64,000 nucleotides of DNA, taken from assembly GCA_964016885.1 (NCBI GenBank), contig OZ024744.1:132556001-132620000 (forward strand), written 5' to 3'. Below the pieces are notes generated by a model, which saw only the letters and a list, made by a program, of their open reading frames with translations, was not told where the DNA came from and did no database searches. Shown here one piece after another: positions 62,053-64,000 of the stretch. The stretch is from Eledone cirrhosa (lineage: Eukaryota). The position numbers and the translations under genes are program-made. Each line of letters opens with the position of its first letter. The stretch's first letter is position 1.

Positions 62053-64000
62053 AGGTTTTTCGAAAACCTTATATAATCATTTTTATTTAGGTTCTTCGAA
62101 ACACCTTATATAATCAATTTTTTTAGGTTTTTCGAAAAACCTTATATAATCAATTTTTTAATACTTTTAGAAATATTTATATATGATTTCAAATATTGAT
62201 TTTATTAGGTTTTTGGAATAATCAATTTTTTTTACGTTTTTCGAAAAATGTTATATAATCAATTTTTTTTAGGTTTTTCGAATCAATTCAATTTTTATAA
62301 TCAAATATTTTTAGGTTTTTAGAAAAACCTTATATAATCAAATTTTTTTAGGTTTTTCGAAAAACCTTATATAATTAATTTTTTTATACTTTTAGAAATA
62401 TTTATATCTGATTTCAAATATTGGATTTTTTAGGTTTTTCGATAATCAATTTTTTTTAGATTTTTCGAAAAATCTTATATAATCAATTTTTTTACGTTTT
62501 TAGAAAGACCTTATATAATCAATTTTTTCATACTTTTAGAAATATTTATATCTGATTTCAAATATTGATTTTTTTTTTAGGTTTTTCGAAATACCTTATA
62601 TAATCAATTTTTTTTAGGTTTTTCAAATTACTTTATATAATCAATTTTTTTTATCTGATTTCAAATATTGATTTTTTTAGCTTTTTCGACAAAATCTTAT
62701 ATAATCAATTTTTTTTAGGTTTTTCGAAAAAGAATGAATTTGAGTTCATAGTCGAAATATATACTTCTGCATTAATCTTTTTACGTTTTTTTGATTTTTT
62801 TTTAAAAAACGTAAAAAATTAATGCTTTTACAAATCTTTTGAAATATTTACTTTCTAGTTTCAAATTTTGCAGATTAAATTTTTCTCGAAAAACCTAAAA
62901 AATCAGTTGTCGAAATCAGAAGTTAATATTTCGAAAAACGCAATTTGAAAAACTCATATTAATTTTTTTTCGAAAACATTATATAATCAATTTTTTAGAA
63001 ATATTTATATCTGATTTCAAATATTGATTTTTTTAGGTTTTTCGAAAACCCTATATAATCAATTTTTTTGTACTTTTAGAAATATCTATATCTGATTTCA
63101 TGTATTGATTTTTTTATATTTTTCGAAAAATCTTATATAATCAATTTTTTTACGTTTTTAAAAAAACCTTATATAATCAATTTTTTTTAGGTTTTTCGAA
63201 AAACCTTATATAATCAATTTTTTTATGTTTTTTCGAAAAATCTTATATAATCAATTTTTTTACGTTTTTAGAAATATTTATATCTGATTTCAAATATTGA
63301 TTTTTTTTAGATTTTTCGAAATACCTTATATAATCAATTTTTTTTAGGTTTTTCAAATTACCTTATATAATCAATTTTTTTTATCTGATTTCAAATATTG
63401 ATTTTTTTAGCTTTTTCGACAAAATCTTATATAATCAATTTTTTTTAGGTTTTTCGAAAAAGAATGAATTTGAGTTCATAGTCGAAATATATACTTCTGC
63501 ATTAATCTTTTTACGTTTTTTTGATTTTTTTTAAAAAAACGTAAAAAATTAATGCTTTTACAAATCTTTTGAAATATTCACTTTCTAGTTTCAAATTTTG
63601 CAGATTAAATTTTTCTCGAAAAACCTAAAAAATCAGTTGTCGAAATCAGAAGTTAATATTTCGTAAAACGCAATTTGAAAAACTCATTAATTTTTTTTCG
63701 AAAACTTATTATATAATCAATTTTTTTATACTTTTAGAAATATTTATATCTGATTTCAAATATTGATTTTTTTAGGTTTTTCGAAAACCCTATATAATCA
63801 ATTTTTTTGTACTTTTAGAAATATCTATATCTGATTTCATGTATTGATTTTTTTATATTTTTCGAAAAAGCTTAGATAATCAATTTTTTTAGGTCTTTCG
63901 AAAACATTATATAATCAATTTTTTTTTAGGTTTTTCGAAAAAACCTTATATAATCAATTTTTTTTAGGTTTTTCAAATATTGATTTTTTTAGCTTTTTCG
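62053..64000. repeat. Satellite B island 3 (truncated by window end)
   Basis: Same left junction GATGGGGTTAAGTT|AGGTTTTTCGAAAACC; core marker at 62732 and 63462; near-identical to 45343 onward (offset 16710). Confidence 0.98.

Noticed and set aside
1-64000. Assignment to a specific organism or named satellite family
   Set aside because: I do not recognise either monomer with confidence; a BLAST or Dfam search is required.

Overview
The whole 64-kb window is non-coding, eukaryote-style tandem-repeat DNA made of two interleaved satellites. No credible gene, RNA gene, CRISPR array or transposase is visible. Satellite A (about 51 kb) has a 16-bp, strand-asymmetric, telomere-like monomer GGGGTTAAGTTAAGTT, which parses as GTTAA+GTTAA+GTTGGG. 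It is interrupted 17 times by short (175-450 bp) inverted C-rich cassettes that have stereotyped junctions and fall into four sequence classes. Satellite B forms three AT-rich islands (6267-12245, 45343-50244, 62053-end). They are built from a ~37-bp subunit containing the 18-bp palindrome AGGTTTTTCGAAAAACCT, grouped into 0.58-0.92 kb higher-order units that each carry a hairpin-rich core. A and B together form a ~16.7-17.9 kb composite macro-repeat, and the 33-kb island-free stretch in the middle is built from nested ~5.3 kb and ~15.7 kb duplications. The most notable signals are the fixed inversion junctions, cassette-free 'empty site' alleles, B islands sitting at a G-to-C strand switch, and several captured template-switch events. 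Together they suggest a repeat array remodelled by hairpins and recombination (telomeric, subtelomeric or centromeric; function and organism cannot be determined from this window). All coordinates and counts were read by eye and may be off by a few bases.
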